Positions 47,100-58,011 of a stretch of 64,000 nucleotides of DNA are shown here, in pieces. The DNA comes from Oscillospiraceae bacterium. Its GTDB lineage: Bacteria > Bacillota > Clostridia > Oscillospirales > CAG-272. Under the pieces are notes generated by a model that had not been told where the DNA came from, did not search any database, and saw only the letters and a program-made list of their open reading frames with translations. The translations under genes were made by a program, and so were the position numbers. The DNA lies in NCBI GenBank assembly GCA_015065455.1, contig SVQI01000003.1:17463-81462 (forward strand). Reading direction: 5' to 3'. Positions within the stretch are counted from its first letter, which is position 1. Every line of letters begins with the position of its first letter.

Positions 47100-48848
47100 A
47101 TGGCATTTGACGCAGGAATGGTTGCCGCTTTGGCAAATGAACTTGATATAAGACTTAAGGGTGCAAGAATAGATAAGATCCAACAACCTGAGAAGGAAGA
47201 GATAGTATTTACTTTACGTGCCGAAAGAGAAAACGTTAGACTTTCTATTTCATCGGGCGCGAATAATCCAAGGGTGAATCTTACTTCCATAACAAAAGAA
47301 AATCCAGTTTCTGCGCCCATGTTTTGTATGCTTCTTAGAAAGTATCTCCTTGGCGGCAGAATTTTAGGCATTTCTCAGTATGATTTTGAAAGGCTTATTG
47401 AAATAAGCATTGAATGCAGAGATGAAATGGGTTTTTTGTGCACACGGTATATAGTTGTTGAAATAATGGGAAAATACAGCAATATAATTTTTTGTGACGA
47501 AAATAAGAAAATTATAAATGCAATAAAACCGGTAGATTTTACAACGAGCAGTAAAAGACAGGTTTTGTCGGGAATGACGTATGAATACCCGCCAAAACAA
47601 GAAAAAATATCCCCTTTAAAAACCAACAAAGAAGAGTTTATATCGCTTTATAAAAAAACATCTCCCGAAAAGAACATCTCAAGATTTATAGTCGAAAACT
47701 ATCTTGGAATATCTCTTCTTGTTGCGGGAGAGATTGCATACCGCACGGTTGGTGATGCGGATGCAAGAATGTGTGACTGTTCGGCAGAGTCGTTATGGAT
47801 TAATTTTAACGAAATTATTGAAACAATAAAGAAAAAAAATTTTACTCCTTGCATTTTAAAAAATGGTGATAAGCCATTTGAGTTTAGCTTTATAACAATA
47901 AAACAATACGGCAGCGTTTATAGCAGAGAGACCTGTGATTCATTCAGTGAGCTTGTAGATGAATATTACGTAAAAAAAGAACGGATAAATCATATTAAAC
48001 AAATCTCGGCTGACATTCATAAATTTCTTACAAACAATGAAAACAGAATTGTAAAAAAGATAACCATTCATAAGGACGAAATCAGAAAAGCAAATGATAA
48101 TCTGAAATATAAGAATATTGGTGATATAATAACTGCTAATATTTATATGCTAAAAAGAGGGGACACCAAGGTAAAGCTTTTTGATTATTCTGAGGATATA
48201 CCCGTAGAAAAAGTGATTGAGTTAGACTCAAAATTGTCACCGTCACAGAATGCGCAGAGATATTATAAAAGATATAACAAAGCAAAAAAAGCTGCAAGCG
48301 TTCTTGCGACACAACTCAAGTCAGATGAAAGTGAACTGGAATATATAAGATCAGTTATTGATTCATTGTCAAGAACAGAGTCGGAAAATGATTTAGAGGA
48401 AATCAGAAGAGAACTTAAGTCCGCAGGATACGGTATAAAGTCTAAATCAAATCAGAAAAACAATTTAAAGACTACGCCTATGGAGTTTAAAACAGAGAAC
48501 GGTTATACTGTACTGTGCGGAAAGAATAATATTCAAAACGATGCATTAACTTTTAAAACGGCATCAAAGCTTGATTATTGGTTTCACGCAAAAAACGTGG
48601 CAGGGTCTCACTGTATACTTATTTGCAATGGTGAAGAACCGCCCGAAATTGATTTTACACAGGCGGCAATTATCGCGGCAACACATTCAAAAGCTTCTGA
48701 CGGAGAAAACGTTGCCGTTGACTATACGTTTGCAAAAAACGTTAAAAAGATAAATTCATCAAAATTAGGTATGGTAACCTATTCAACAAACTGGACTGCA
48801 TATGTTACTCCAGATGAAAAACTTTGTGAAAAACTCCGAGTGAGGTGA
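47100..48848 (+). CDS. rqcH: ribosome quality control factor RqcH (NFACT / FbpA family)
   Basis: NFACT-N start MAFDAGMV...L.GARIDKIQQP.KEE, a central coiled coil, and C-terminal NFACT-R (WFHAKNVAGSH). Confidence 0.85.
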   Translation: MAFDAGMVAALANELDIRLKGARIDKIQQPEKEEIVFTLRAERENVRLSISSGANNPRVNLTSITKENPVSAPMFCMLLRKYLLGGRILGISQYDFERLIEISIECRDEMGFLCTRYIVVEIMGKYSNIIFCDENKKIINAIKPVDFTTSSKRQVLSGMTYEYPPKQEKISPLKTNKEEFISLYKKTSPEKNISRFIVENYLGISLLVAGEIAYRTVGDADARMCDCSAESLWINFNEIIETIKKKNFTPCILKNGDKPFEFSFITIKQYGSVYSRETCDSFSELVDEYYVKKERINHIKQISADIHKFLTNNENRIVKKITIHKDEIRKANDNLKYKNIGDIITANIYMLKRGDTKVKLFDYSEDIPVEKVIELDSKLSPSQNAQRYYKRYNKAKKAASVLATQLKSDESELEYIRSVIDSLSRTESENDLEEIRRELKSAGYGIKSKSNQKNNLKTTPMEFKTENGYTVLCGKNNIQNDALTFKTASKLDYWFHAKNVAGSHCILICNGEEPPEIDFTQAAIIAATHSKASDGENVAVDYTFAKNVKKINSSKLGMVTYSTNWTAYVTPDEKLCEKLRVR

Positions 48849-48854
48849 AATTGA

Positions 48855-51800
48855 TTGATAAACTTTATTTACGGCGGTGTAGGTACGGGAAAAAGCACCC
48901 ATATTTTTAAAAATATAATAGAAGACTTGAAGTCGGGTGAGAAACCAATATTGATCGTACCCGACCAGCACGTTCTTACTGCAGAGAGGGAAATTGCTGA
49001 TTTATCAAATGATATTTCTACCGCTGAACTTGAAGTTTTAGGTTTTAAGAGAGTAGCAAACTATGTTTTCAGAATTCTTGGCGGTCTTTCGTTCAATGAT
49101 ATAGATGACAGCGGTCGTTTGCTTATTATGTGGCGTGTCCTTCGTGAATCATCATGTTTTCTTAAGGCATATTCTGATGTTGATGAGAAAAATACCTCTT
49201 TTGCAGAGCTTATGCTTTCGACGGTTAATGAACTTAAGCAGTATTCAGTCACTCCGTCTATGCTTGAAATAGCAGGTAGAAAGCTAAAAGAATCGTATAA
49301 GGATCTTAGTGATAAGCTTGAGGACGTTGCATTTGTTTATTCAGCTTATCAGGCATTTTTGTCCAGAGAATACAATGACCCTTCCGATGAGCTTACAAGA
49401 CTTGCCGAAATGCTTGAAAACAGTGATGTTTTTTCAGGGAATAAGGTGTATTTTGACGCGTTTGACAGCTTTACTCCACAACAGTTTTCTGTTATTGAAA
49501 AAATAATTAAACAAGCAAAAAGTGTTACTTTTTCATTATGTTATGATCCTACCGATAAAACGGGGGTCTTTTCGTCAATTGAAAAAACTTATAAAAATTT
49601 ATGTAAACTTGCAAAAAGATTTGATACTGAATATTCCGAATTGTTTTTTGAAAAAACAATGGGAAATAAAAAGAGTGACATAGACTTTGTGTCAAGAAAT
49701 TTATGGAATCACAATATATCAAGCGATGTATTTGATGGTGATAATTCTAATGTTGAGACAATTTGCTGTCACGATAAATTTGAAGAGTGCGAGGCTGTTA
49801 CAGCCGATATTTTGAGACGTGTAAGAGAGGGCACAAGATACAAGGATATTGTAATTATTGCACGAGATATAAATTCATACGAGGGAATTATCGATAACGA
49901 GCTTGAAAACAACGGTATTCCGTTTTATATGTCAAGACGTACAGATCTATCATCAAAGCCGATCTTTAAACTCATACTCGCGGCATTCGCGATAAAAAAT
50001 AAGGGTTGGCGCTATAATGACGTTATTTCATACATAAAGACGGGTCTTACAGGCGTATCCTTTGAAGAATGTGATATTCTTGAAAATTACGCATCTGCGT
50101 GGAATATTAACGGCAGACGTTGGTATGACGGAATCGATTGGAATATGAACCCGGACGGCTTTACGGAACGTATAACCGATGATGGCGTAAAAGTTATTAA
50201 TACTGCAAATGAAATAAGAAATCGAATTGTTCCACCCCTGATGAAGCTTTTTGATTGTATCGGAGGAACAACGGTAAAAGAAATCACGAGTGCAATATAT
50301 GAATTCCTGTGTGAACTGAACGTAAGAGAACAAATCGAAGTATTATCAGCAGAGTGTAGAAATAATGAGAAGTTTGCTGAAGAAAAAGAACTTGTTCAGC
50401 TTTGGAATATTCTTATAAATTGTTTTGATACTATTGTGAACATAGCAGGTGATATGGTTATCAACACAGATGAATACGTCAGCCTTATCAGTTTGATATT
50501 TGATAAGACCGATATTGGTACTATTCCTACGTGTATTGATAACGTAGTTCTGGGAAGTGCTTCTAATTTGAGAACGGGAAGTGTAAGCCACGTATATCTT
50601 CTTGGTGTAAACGAAGGTGTATTCCCGAAGCTTGTTGAAGAAAACTGTATTTTTAATGACAATGAAAAAGATATTCTTAGAGGCCTCGACGTTGAATTGA
50701 GCGGTGGTTGCGACGAAAAGACCGCCGATGAACTGTTCTGGTTTTATAAATCAGTTTCAAAAGCTAATGAAAGCTTGACACTTACCTATTCGGAGTCAGA
50801 TTTGCGCGGAAGTGCAAACAAAATTTCTGTTGCAGGTGCAAGAGTGAACTTTTTGCTCGGTGATAAGGAAATAATAAAATATGATTCACTAAAATCCATA
50901 GAAAAGATAGAGGGGAAGAACACAGCGTTAAAATATCTATCTCTTAATAGAGATAATGAGCTTGGCATGGCTTTACAAAGATATTTCTTGAACGACGGTG
51001 AATATAAAAATTCTGTTGAATCGTTTGATATACCTCTTGATGCGGGCAATGCTGATATTGATAAAGATATTGCAAAAGAAATTTATAAGGGCGATATAAA
51101 GTCAAATCAGTCAAAAATTAATAGCTATGTAAAATGTTCATTTGCTTATCACTGTAAATATATTCTTGAACTTAACGAAAAGAAAAAGGCGGTATTCAGA
51201 GGCGGAGATATAGGTACTTTTGTACACGCTGTTCTTGAGAGATTTATTTCGAGAATAACCGAGGACGGAAAGCTAAGGACGGATATTGATGAAGATGAGT
51301 TTATTTCTCTTGTTGAGGAAATTATAAATGATTATATTAAATCAACATGCCAAGGAATTCCCGAACAGAGCCCCAGAATGCTCCAGCTTTTCAGAAGACT
51401 CAAAAGAACGACCGTTTTGCTTTTAAGAAGTATACTTGATGAATTTAAACAAAGTGATTTTCTGCCTACGTTTTTTGAGTTCCCAATAATGACTGAAAAA
51501 GACGGAGGACTTCCTTCGTATGAAGTTCCTCTTGATGACGGAACAAAGATGTTTATGCGAGGAATAGTCGACAGAGTAGATACGTACAAAAAAGGAAAAG
51601 ACGTATATATAAGAATTGTTGACTATAAAACGGGCGTACAGGATTTTTCTTTAGATGACGTTGAAAAGGGATTAAATCTGCAAATGTTGATTTACCTTTT
51701 TGCAATATGGAATACAAAGGACAGTTCTTTCAGAGAGAAAATCAAATGTGAAGGAGATATTATTCCTGCAGGTATACTGTATTTTTCTGCAAAGGCTCCA

Positions 51801-52178
51801 TCTGTTAAGATAGAAAAAGAAGAGGATTTGCAGGGAGTGTACGCTACAGCGCAAAAGAGTATTTCCAGAAAAGGATTACTTATAAATGATATAGAGATTT
51901 TACGGGCTATGGATAAAGAACTTAAAGGCGAGTATATACCCGTAAAGGTTTATAAAAACGGTAATTTGAGTAACGGTAAATATTTGCACACCATAGAACA
52001 GTTTGGAAGTTTGTCAAATAAAATTGACCGTATTCTCAATGATATTGCAAACGATATGAAATCAGGTAAGGTAAGCGCGTCTCCTATTGAAATGAAAGAT
52101 GAAAAAAATAATCCTTGCATGTACTGCAAGCTTAAGCCTATATGCAGACATATGATGAAAGAGGATGAAGATGAGTAA
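48855..52178 (+). CDS. addB: helicase-exonuclease AddAB subunit AddB
   Basis: Degenerate Walker A GGVGTGKS and a C-terminal RecB-type nuclease with Fe-S cysteines (C..AYHC ... NPCMYCKLKPIC). TTG start 6 nt after GAGGTGA. Confidence 0.9.
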   Translation: MINFIYGGVGTGKSTHIFKNIIEDLKSGEKPILIVPDQHVLTAEREIADLSNDISTAELEVLGFKRVANYVFRILGGLSFNDIDDSGRLLIMWRVLRESSCFLKAYSDVDEKNTSFAELMLSTVNELKQYSVTPSMLEIAGRKLKESYKDLSDKLEDVAFVYSAYQAFLSREYNDPSDELTRLAEMLENSDVFSGNKVYFDAFDSFTPQQFSVIEKIIKQAKSVTFSLCYDPTDKTGVFSSIEKTYKNLCKLAKRFDTEYSELFFEKTMGNKKSDIDFVSRNLWNHNISSDVFDGDNSNVETICCHDKFEECEAVTADILRRVREGTRYKDIVIIARDINSYEGIIDNELENNGIPFYMSRRTDLSSKPIFKLILAAFAIKNKGWRYNDVISYIKTGLTGVSFEECDILENYASAWNINGRRWYDGIDWNMNPDGFTERITDDGVKVINTANEIRNRIVPPLMKLFDCIGGTTVKEITSAIYEFLCELNVREQIEVLSAECRNNEKFAEEKELVQLWNILINCFDTIVNIAGDMVINTDEYVSLISLIFDKTDIGTIPTCIDNVVLGSASNLRTGSVSHVYLLGVNEGVFPKLVEENCIFNDNEKDILRGLDVELSGGCDEKTADELFWFYKSVSKANESLTLTYSESDLRGSANKISVAGARVNFLLGDKEIIKYDSLKSIEKIEGKNTALKYLSLNRDNELGMALQRYFLNDGEYKNSVESFDIPLDAGNADIDKDIAKEIYKGDIKSNQSKINSYVKCSFAYHCKYILELNEKKKAVFRGGDIGTFVHAVLERFISRITEDGKLRTDIDEDEFISLVEEIINDYIKSTCQGIPEQSPRMLQLFRRLKRTTVLLLRSILDEFKQSDFLPTFFEFPIMTEKDGGLPSYEVPLDDGTKMFMRGIVDRVDTYKKGKDVYIRIVDYKTGVQDFSLDDVEKGLNLQMLIYLFAIWNTKDSSFREKIKCEGDIIPAGILYFSAKAPSVKIEKEEDLQGVYATAQKSISRKGLLINDIEILRAMDKELKGEYIPVKVYKNGNLSNGKYLHTIEQFGSLSNKIDRILNDIANDMKSGKVSASPIEMKDEKNNPCMYCKLKPICRHMMKEDEDE

Positions 52179-55100
52179 GAAAATTGAACTGACACCTGCT
52201 CAAAAAAAGGCAGTTAAACTGCGCGGTCATACTATGCTTGTATCTGCGGCGGCAGGTTCGGGTAAGACTGCGGTTTTAACAAAAAGAATAATAGAGCTTG
52301 TTACAGATTCCGAAAATCCTGTTGATGTATCCGAAATCTTGGTTGTAACGTTTACAAAGGCGGCGGCAACAGAGCTTAAAGAAAGAATTTCTGCTGCAAT
52401 CTATTCTGCTCTTAAAGAGGACCCTACAAATAAGCATTTGTCAAGGCAGCTTCTTATGCTGGGGAGTGCAAAAATTTGTACCATTCACTCGTTTTGTGCA
52501 GGACTGATTAAAGCGAATTTTCAGCTTTTGGGTCTGCCCGCTAATCTCAGAATTGCAGACGAAACAGAATCGAGATTGATCTGTAATAACATAATGAACG
52601 ACCTTATTGATGAATGTTACGGCGGTATTCATTCAGAAAAAATCAACGATTTTGCTGAATTTACAGAGTGTTTTCTGCAGGGAAAGACCGACGAAGGTTT
52701 AGCGTTGGTTTTTTCGGATATTTATAACAAACTCAGAAACTATCCCGAGGGAATTGAACTTTTGATGCGCTCATCAAATGAATTAAGAATTGCAAACAGA
52801 GGTTTAATTTTAGATACTGTTTGGGGCAGAGTCATCTTAGATGATTTAAAACGCACTTTTGAGTATTTTTATAATATTCTCGATAATGCTTGTAAATATT
52901 TTGTTGTTGATGAATTGTATTCAAAAAATTATCTTCCTCAATTTGAGGTGGATTTAAGATTTTGTTATGAAATTCTTGAAGAGATAAAAACAGCAACCTA
53001 CAGTTCTTTGAAGGATAAACTTGCATCAAAAGAAAAGCTTAAGCTTGGAAGTGTTTCGAAAGACAAACAAACGGACGAGGTTCTGTACTATAAAAAGATA
53101 AGAGAATCTTTTCACAAAAAAGCCGATGAAGCATACGAAAAGTATTTTGCTTTTTCTGAGGAAACACTCAAAGGTCATTTTGAGCTCTCATCAGATATTT
53201 GCAAAAACATGTATGAGTTTCTCAAGATATTTGACAAGTCTTTTAAAAATGAGAAAAAATCAAGGGGATTACTTGATTATAATGATTTGGAAAACTATAC
53301 TCTTGAACTTTTATACAAAAAAGATTCAAATCATAATGAACTAACCGAATTTGCAAAGGATTTGAGAGATAAGTTTAAATATATATTTATTGACGAATAT
53401 CAGGATGTAAACGAACTTCAGGATAAGATTTTCTCGGGAATAAGCACTAATACAAACAGATTTATGGTTGGTGATATAAAGCAGAGTATTTATGGATTCC
53501 GCGGTTCTGAACCGGCATTATTTTCAATGTATAGGACGAGCTTCCCCGAATATAAAGACGAATGTCCTGATTCTGACGGTGTTACTTTATATCTGTCAAA
53601 CAACTTCAGAAGCGACAGAAGTGTTATTGATTTTTCTAACAGCATTTTTGAAGTGCTTTTCAAATTCAATAGCGGAAATATGGAATATACAAGCGGAGAT
53701 AGACTTGTTTGTTCAAAAATATATTCTGAAGGCGAACAGGACTATCCTGCGAGAATTTGTTTTGTCAGTGAAGATGATGAAACAAAGGGGATAATTAAGG
53801 AAGCTGAGTTTGTAGCTGATGAAATTGAGAAGCTCATAAAGAACGGTACTTCTCCATCTGATATTGCATTATTGTTTCGTTCAAAGAAGAATACTGTTTA
53901 TTTTGAAGAAGAGCTGAAAAAAAGAAATATTGACAGCTTTAACCAAATAGACAAAGACTTTTTTGAGAACGATGCTGTTCTTCTTATGCTTTGTTTGCTT
54001 AATACGATAGATAATCCTACACGTGATATATATCTTGCGGGGGTGCTTAAGAGTCCCATATTCGGCTTTTCTATGACGGATCTGACTGTTATAAAGCATA
54101 GAACAAATAAAACTTCACTGTACGATGCGGTAAAAGAATATGCAGAATTAACCAAAAATGAAAAATGCGAGTTCTTTTTGAACCGTCTGCGCGAGTGGAG
54201 AAAATATGCCGAGGGGTGTCCCGTTGATAAGCTTGTACGATATATATATAATCAAACTCATATTGTTGAGCTTCTTGCAGGCAAGAAAAACAGTGACTCG
54301 GATATAGAAAGACAGGCAAATCTTCTTTTGCTTTATGAATATGCAAGACAGTTTGAAAACGGCAGTTTTAAAGGACTTTACAATTTTATATTGTATCTGA
54401 ATGATATTCTTGAAAAGAAAACGAGCCTTGCTAATGCAAGACTAACAAGCGAGGGCTCGGGTGTTGTTAACATAATGTCTGTCCATAATTCAAAGGGACT
54501 TGAATTTAACACAGTATTTTTATGTGATACTGCACATAGGTTTAACAGAGAGGATGAGAAGAAGGACTATATCTTTCATAAAGATATGGGACTTACGATG
54601 CGTCTGAGAGATAAAACATACTTTGGTAAATTTAAAACCTTTACAAGAAGTGCTGCAGAAATTCTTGTCAGACAACAGGCATTGGAAGAAGAGCTTCGTG
54701 TGCTTTATGTTGCGTTAACGAGAGCAAAAAAGAGACTTATCATAACCTCGTCATTAAAAAAGTTTGATGAATTAATAGAGGAGATCAAATCTCCCGACAA
54801 TGAAGTATCGCAATATTCTTTGCTGAACTCAAATAGCCTAATTGAGCTTATACTGTGGGGAATATTGAAGTCTGACTATAATGGCTACAAACTTGAATAT
54901 GTAGCAGATAAAGAAAGTGTTGACGATTTTGAAACGGAATATGATAAAAAAGAATATGATGAAACCTTGATTCAGGAATATTTTGATATAATTAAAAAAA
55001 GGTTATCTTTTGAGTATCCATATAAGGAGCTTACCGTTTTACCGTCAAAAATGGCTGTTTCAAAATTATATCCGACTGTTCTTGATGAATACACGACCGT

Positions 55101-55713
55101 AATCGAACCGCAAACTCCGTCAATGTATCAGAAACCGAACTTTTTGTTACCTGAAAAAGACAGAGCAACAGGTGCAGAAAGAGGAACGGCAACACACCTT
55201 TTTATGCAGTTTTGTGATTTTGATAACGTTGTCAGTTTGGGTGTAGAAGCTGAACTAAATAGACTCTTTGAAAGAGGGTTTATTGATAAAAGAAACGCTG
55301 ATCTTGTAAATAAGGATAAGGTGAATTCATTTTTTAATAGCGGTCTTTATAATTCTGTAAAAAACGCAAAGGAAATATGGCGTGAAAGAAGATTTAATAT
55401 AAATCTTCCAGCTGATCGTTTTACACAGGATGAAACCACTAAAGCGCGTTTGGCAGGCGAAAAGGTGCTTGTGCAGGGTGTAATTGACCTATTGTTTGTT
55501 GATAAAGAGGATAGGCTCATTCTTGCTGATTATAAGACCGATTTCTTTACAAAGAGTGAAATAGAGTCGGGAGAAGCGGAAACAATTTTGATAGACAGAC
55601 ATTCAAATCAGCTTTCATACTATGCAGAGGCGTGCAGAAAGATATTTGGCAGAGAAGTGGATGAAATATTGATATATTCATTTGCTCTTGAAAAAAGCAT
55701 TAAAATAAAATAA
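52171..55713 (+). CDS. addA: helicase-exonuclease AddAB subunit AddA
   Basis: UvrD-type motifs AAAGSGKT, DEYQDVN and VMSVHNSKGLEF, plus a C-terminal RecB nuclease (GVIDLLF...DYKTD). The ATG at 52171 lies 7 nt after GAAAGAGG; 52165 is also possible. Confidence 0.9.
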   Translation: MSKKIELTPAQKKAVKLRGHTMLVSAAAGSGKTAVLTKRIIELVTDSENPVDVSEILVVTFTKAAATELKERISAAIYSALKEDPTNKHLSRQLLMLGSAKICTIHSFCAGLIKANFQLLGLPANLRIADETESRLICNNIMNDLIDECYGGIHSEKINDFAEFTECFLQGKTDEGLALVFSDIYNKLRNYPEGIELLMRSSNELRIANRGLILDTVWGRVILDDLKRTFEYFYNILDNACKYFVVDELYSKNYLPQFEVDLRFCYEILEEIKTATYSSLKDKLASKEKLKLGSVSKDKQTDEVLYYKKIRESFHKKADEAYEKYFAFSEETLKGHFELSSDICKNMYEFLKIFDKSFKNEKKSRGLLDYNDLENYTLELLYKKDSNHNELTEFAKDLRDKFKYIFIDEYQDVNELQDKIFSGISTNTNRFMVGDIKQSIYGFRGSEPALFSMYRTSFPEYKDECPDSDGVTLYLSNNFRSDRSVIDFSNSIFEVLFKFNSGNMEYTSGDRLVCSKIYSEGEQDYPARICFVSEDDETKGIIKEAEFVADEIEKLIKNGTSPSDIALLFRSKKNTVYFEEELKKRNIDSFNQIDKDFFENDAVLLMLCLLNTIDNPTRDIYLAGVLKSPIFGFSMTDLTVIKHRTNKTSLYDAVKEYAELTKNEKCEFFLNRLREWRKYAEGCPVDKLVRYIYNQTHIVELLAGKKNSDSDIERQANLLLLYEYARQFENGSFKGLYNFILYLNDILEKKTSLANARLTSEGSGVVNIMSVHNSKGLEFNTVFLCDTAHRFNREDEKKDYIFHKDMGLTMRLRDKTYFGKFKTFTRSAAEILVRQQALEEELRVLYVALTRAKKRLIITSSLKKFDELIEEIKSPDNEVSQYSLLNSNSLIELILWGILKSDYNGYKLEYVADKESVDDFETEYDKKEYDETLIQEYFDIIKKRLSFEYPYKELTVLPSKMAVSKLYPTVLDEYTTVIEPQTPSMYQKPNFLLPEKDRATGAERGTATHLFMQFCDFDNVVSLGVEAELNRLFERGFIDKRNADLVNKDKVNSFFNSGLYNSVKNAKEIWRERRFNINLPADRFTQDETTKARLAGEKVLVQGVIDLLFVDKEDRLILADYKTDFFTKSEIESGEAETILIDRHSNQLSYYAEACRKIFGREVDEILIYSFALEKSIKIK

Positions 55714-55753
55714 AAAATATCCACATTCGAATATTTGAATGTGGATATTTTTA
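55714..55753. terminator. bidirectional intrinsic terminator between addA (+) and folA (-)
   Basis: A 13-bp perfect stem AATATCCACATTC / GAATGTGGATATT (55716-55749) flanked by A and T runs. Confidence 0.85.
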
Positions 55754-55761
55754 TGTAATAA

Positions 55762-56274
55762 TTACTTAATTCTTCTGTATTCTGTAAAATAATATTTTAA
55801 GTCAGCTTCGGTATCTTTTTCGGGATCGCTTATATTTTCACTTCCAACGGAAATAAGCTCCCATTCGTCCGTTTCATCAAGATTTGTAAAATATGCATCT
55901 TTTTCAAATGATTTATCAAACTTGGTAACGTATGCAGTATCGCAATAGGGAAGCATTTGTTTGTAAACGCTTGCACCGCCAATGACGAATACGTCATTTG
56001 TGTCATATTTTTTTACTTCTTCAAGAAGCTCGTCTATTGAATGAACAACAGTAGTGTTTTCCGGTTTGTATTCTTCAGAGGGGTGAAGAACTATATTCGT
56101 TCTGTTTTTCAGTGCCTTCCCACCCGGAAAGGTTGCTAGTGTGTTTGAACCCAATATTACAATTTTTCCTGTAGTGAGGTCTCTGAAGTTTATAAGGTCG
56201 CCTCTTACTCTTGCAAGAAGATCTCCTTTATAGCCTATACCCCATTCTTTATCAACAGCAACAATCAGTTTCAT
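55762..56274 (-). CDS. folA: dihydrofolate reductase
   Basis: LIVAVDKEWGIGYKGDLL, GSNT and VIGGASVY motifs. 170 aa. Confidence 0.9.
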   Translation of the reverse strand: MKLIVAVDKEWGIGYKGDLLARVRGDLINFRDLTTGKIVILGSNTLATFPGGKALKNRTNIVLHPSEEYKPENTTVVHSIDELLEEVKKYDTNDVFVIGGASVYKQMLPYCDTAYVTKFDKSFEKDAYFTNLDETDEWELISVGSENISDPEKDTEADLKYYFTEYRRIK

Positions 56275-56303
56275 ATTAATATGTACCTTTCTGTATCAAG
56301 AAT

Positions 56304-57134
56304 TTAGATTGCAACGGGGAACTTTCCGACCTTTTCTCCGTGAACGTAGTTGTTTACAGTAAAGCTGTCAGGAGTAAAATCGTAAAAATCGGTAATGGAT
56401 TTATCAAGGATAACTTCGGGCGCGGGATGTACTTCACGTTCAATAAGCTCCTTAACTATTGGTATGTGTCTATCGTAAATATGAGCGTCAGCTATAACGT
56501 GAATAAGTTCACCGGGCTGCAGTCCCGAGACCTGAGCAAACATCAAAACGAGAGCTGCATACTGAGCAACGTTCCAAGCGTTTGCTGCAAGCATGTCCTG
56601 TGAGCGCTGATTTAGTATGGCGCAAAGTTTTCCGTCAACAACGTTAAATGTCATACTGTAAGCACAAGGATACAAAGCCATCTCGTGTAAGTCAGCAAAA
56701 GTGTAGAGGTTTGTCATTATTCTGCGGCTGCAGGGGTTGTTTTTTAAATCAAACAGAACTCTGTCAACCATATCAAATTCGCCCTCGCGGTATTTGTGCT
56801 TAACACCCATCTGATATCCGTAAGCTTTACCGATCGAGCCATTCTCATCAGCCCAGCTGTCCCAGATGTGTGAATTAAGATCGTTTATATTGTTTGATTT
56901 TTTTTGCCAGATCCACAGTATCTCGTCAACAGCCGCCTTAAATGCTATTGGACGAATTGTAATAAGAGGGAAGTCTTTTGATAAATCATAGCGGTTTACT
57001 ACACCGAATTTTTTGATTGTGTAAGCAGGCTCACCGTCTTCCCAATGGGGACGTACCTTTTCGTCTTTTACCCACGAGCCGTTTTCAAGTATGTCCTTGC
57101 AGGTGTTGATAAAAGCAATATCAGCTGAACTCAT
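56304..57134 (-). CDS. thyA: thymidylate synthase (ThyA type)
   Basis: RRIMTNLY, catalytic Cys in LYPCAYSMTFNV, and NQRSQDM. Confidence 0.95.
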   Translation of the reverse strand: MSSADIAFINTCKDILENGSWVKDEKVRPHWEDGEPAYTIKKFGVVNRYDLSKDFPLITIRPIAFKAAVDEILWIWQKKSNNINDLNSHIWDSWADENGSIGKAYGYQMGVKHKYREGEFDMVDRVLFDLKNNPCSRRIMTNLYTFADLHEMALYPCAYSMTFNVVDGKLCAILNQRSQDMLAANAWNVAQYAALVLMFAQVSGLQPGELIHVIADAHIYDRHIPIVKELIEREVHPAPEVILDKSITDFYDFTPDSFTVNNYVHGEKVGKFPVAI

Positions 57135-57149
57135 AATTTTAACTCCTTT

Positions 57150-57926
57150 TTATTTGGTTGGAATATCGCCAATGGAATTCAAGATCAGTCTTGGTCTGTA
57201 CGGGTATTGTTCAATATTTGAAAGGTTTGTTACACCTGTCAAAACAAGAATAGGATCGAGACCACTTTCAATACCGGCGATAATATCGGTATCCATTCTG
57301 TCTCCGATCATAGCCGTATCAGCCGAGTGAACTCCCAAAATTCCAAGTCCCGTTCTCATCATTAACGGATTGGGTTTGCCTACGTAATAGGCTTGTTTAC
57401 CCGTCGTTCTTTCGATCGGAGCAACAAGTGCACGGCAAGCGGGAAGGGGACCCGTTTCCGATGGTCCTGTAAGGTCGGTGTTTGTGCCGATAAGCTTTGC
57501 GCCGTTATTCACAAGTCGCATAGCTTTTGTGATATTATCGTAATTGTACTGTGTGGTTTCACCGATTATTACGTAATCGGGATCAATATCGTTTATTGTT
57601 ATTCCTGCGTCGTGTAAAGCATTATAAAGGCCTGCATCGCCGATTACAAATGCTGAGCAGTTTGGTTTTTGAAGCTGTAAGAACTTTGCAGTTGCAAGAG
57701 CGCTTGTATAAAAATGCGAAGCATCAACGTCAAGTCCCATTCTGAGCAGCTTCTGACGTAATTCAGCAGGTGTTCTGTTACTTGCGTTTGTGAGGAACAA
57801 ATAGTGCTTATCATTATCGTTCATCCATTTTACAAATTCTTTTACGCCCGGTAACAAATTATTTCCGTGATAAATAACACCGTCCATATCGCATATAAAG
57901 CCTTTTTTACTTCTTAGTGTCTCCAT
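57150..57926 (-). CDS. HAD-IIA family phosphatase (NagD/UMP-phosphatase-like)
   Basis: Motif I FICDMDGVIY, motif II LTNAS and motif IV MIGDRMDTDI. The ATG at 57926 is used because the track's TTG at 57968 lies upstream of the predicted transcription start. Confidence 0.8.
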   Translation of the reverse strand: METLRSKKGFICDMDGVIYHGNNLLPGVKEFVKWMNDNDKHYLFLTNASNRTPAELRQKLLRMGLDVDASHFYTSALATAKFLQLQKPNCSAFVIGDAGLYNALHDAGITINDIDPDYVIIGETTQYNYDNITKAMRLVNNGAKLIGTNTDLTGPSETGPLPACRALVAPIERTTGKQAYYVGKPNPLMMRTGLGILGVHSADTAMIGDRMDTDIIAGIESGLDPILVLTGVTNLSNIEQYPYRPRLILNSIGDIPTK

Positions 57927-57971
57927 TATGTACCATTTTTCCTTTTTAAGTAAATAAAATAACTTCAAATT

Positions 57972-58000
57972 ATTATATCACAAAAACGGATTTTTTTCAA
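57972..58000 (-). promoter_or_regulatory. candidate promoter of HAD-thyA-folA
   Basis: The reverse strand reads TTGAAA (58000-57995), a 17-nt spacer, then TGaTATAAT (TATAAT at 57977-57972). Confidence 0.55.
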
Positions 58001-58011
58001 TACCATAAATA

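Noticed and set aside
55716-55749. ATATCCACA / TGTGGATAT, resembling DnaA boxes.
   Set aside because: These are simply the two arms of the addA/folA bidirectional terminator. There is no cluster of boxes and no AT-rich unwinding element.
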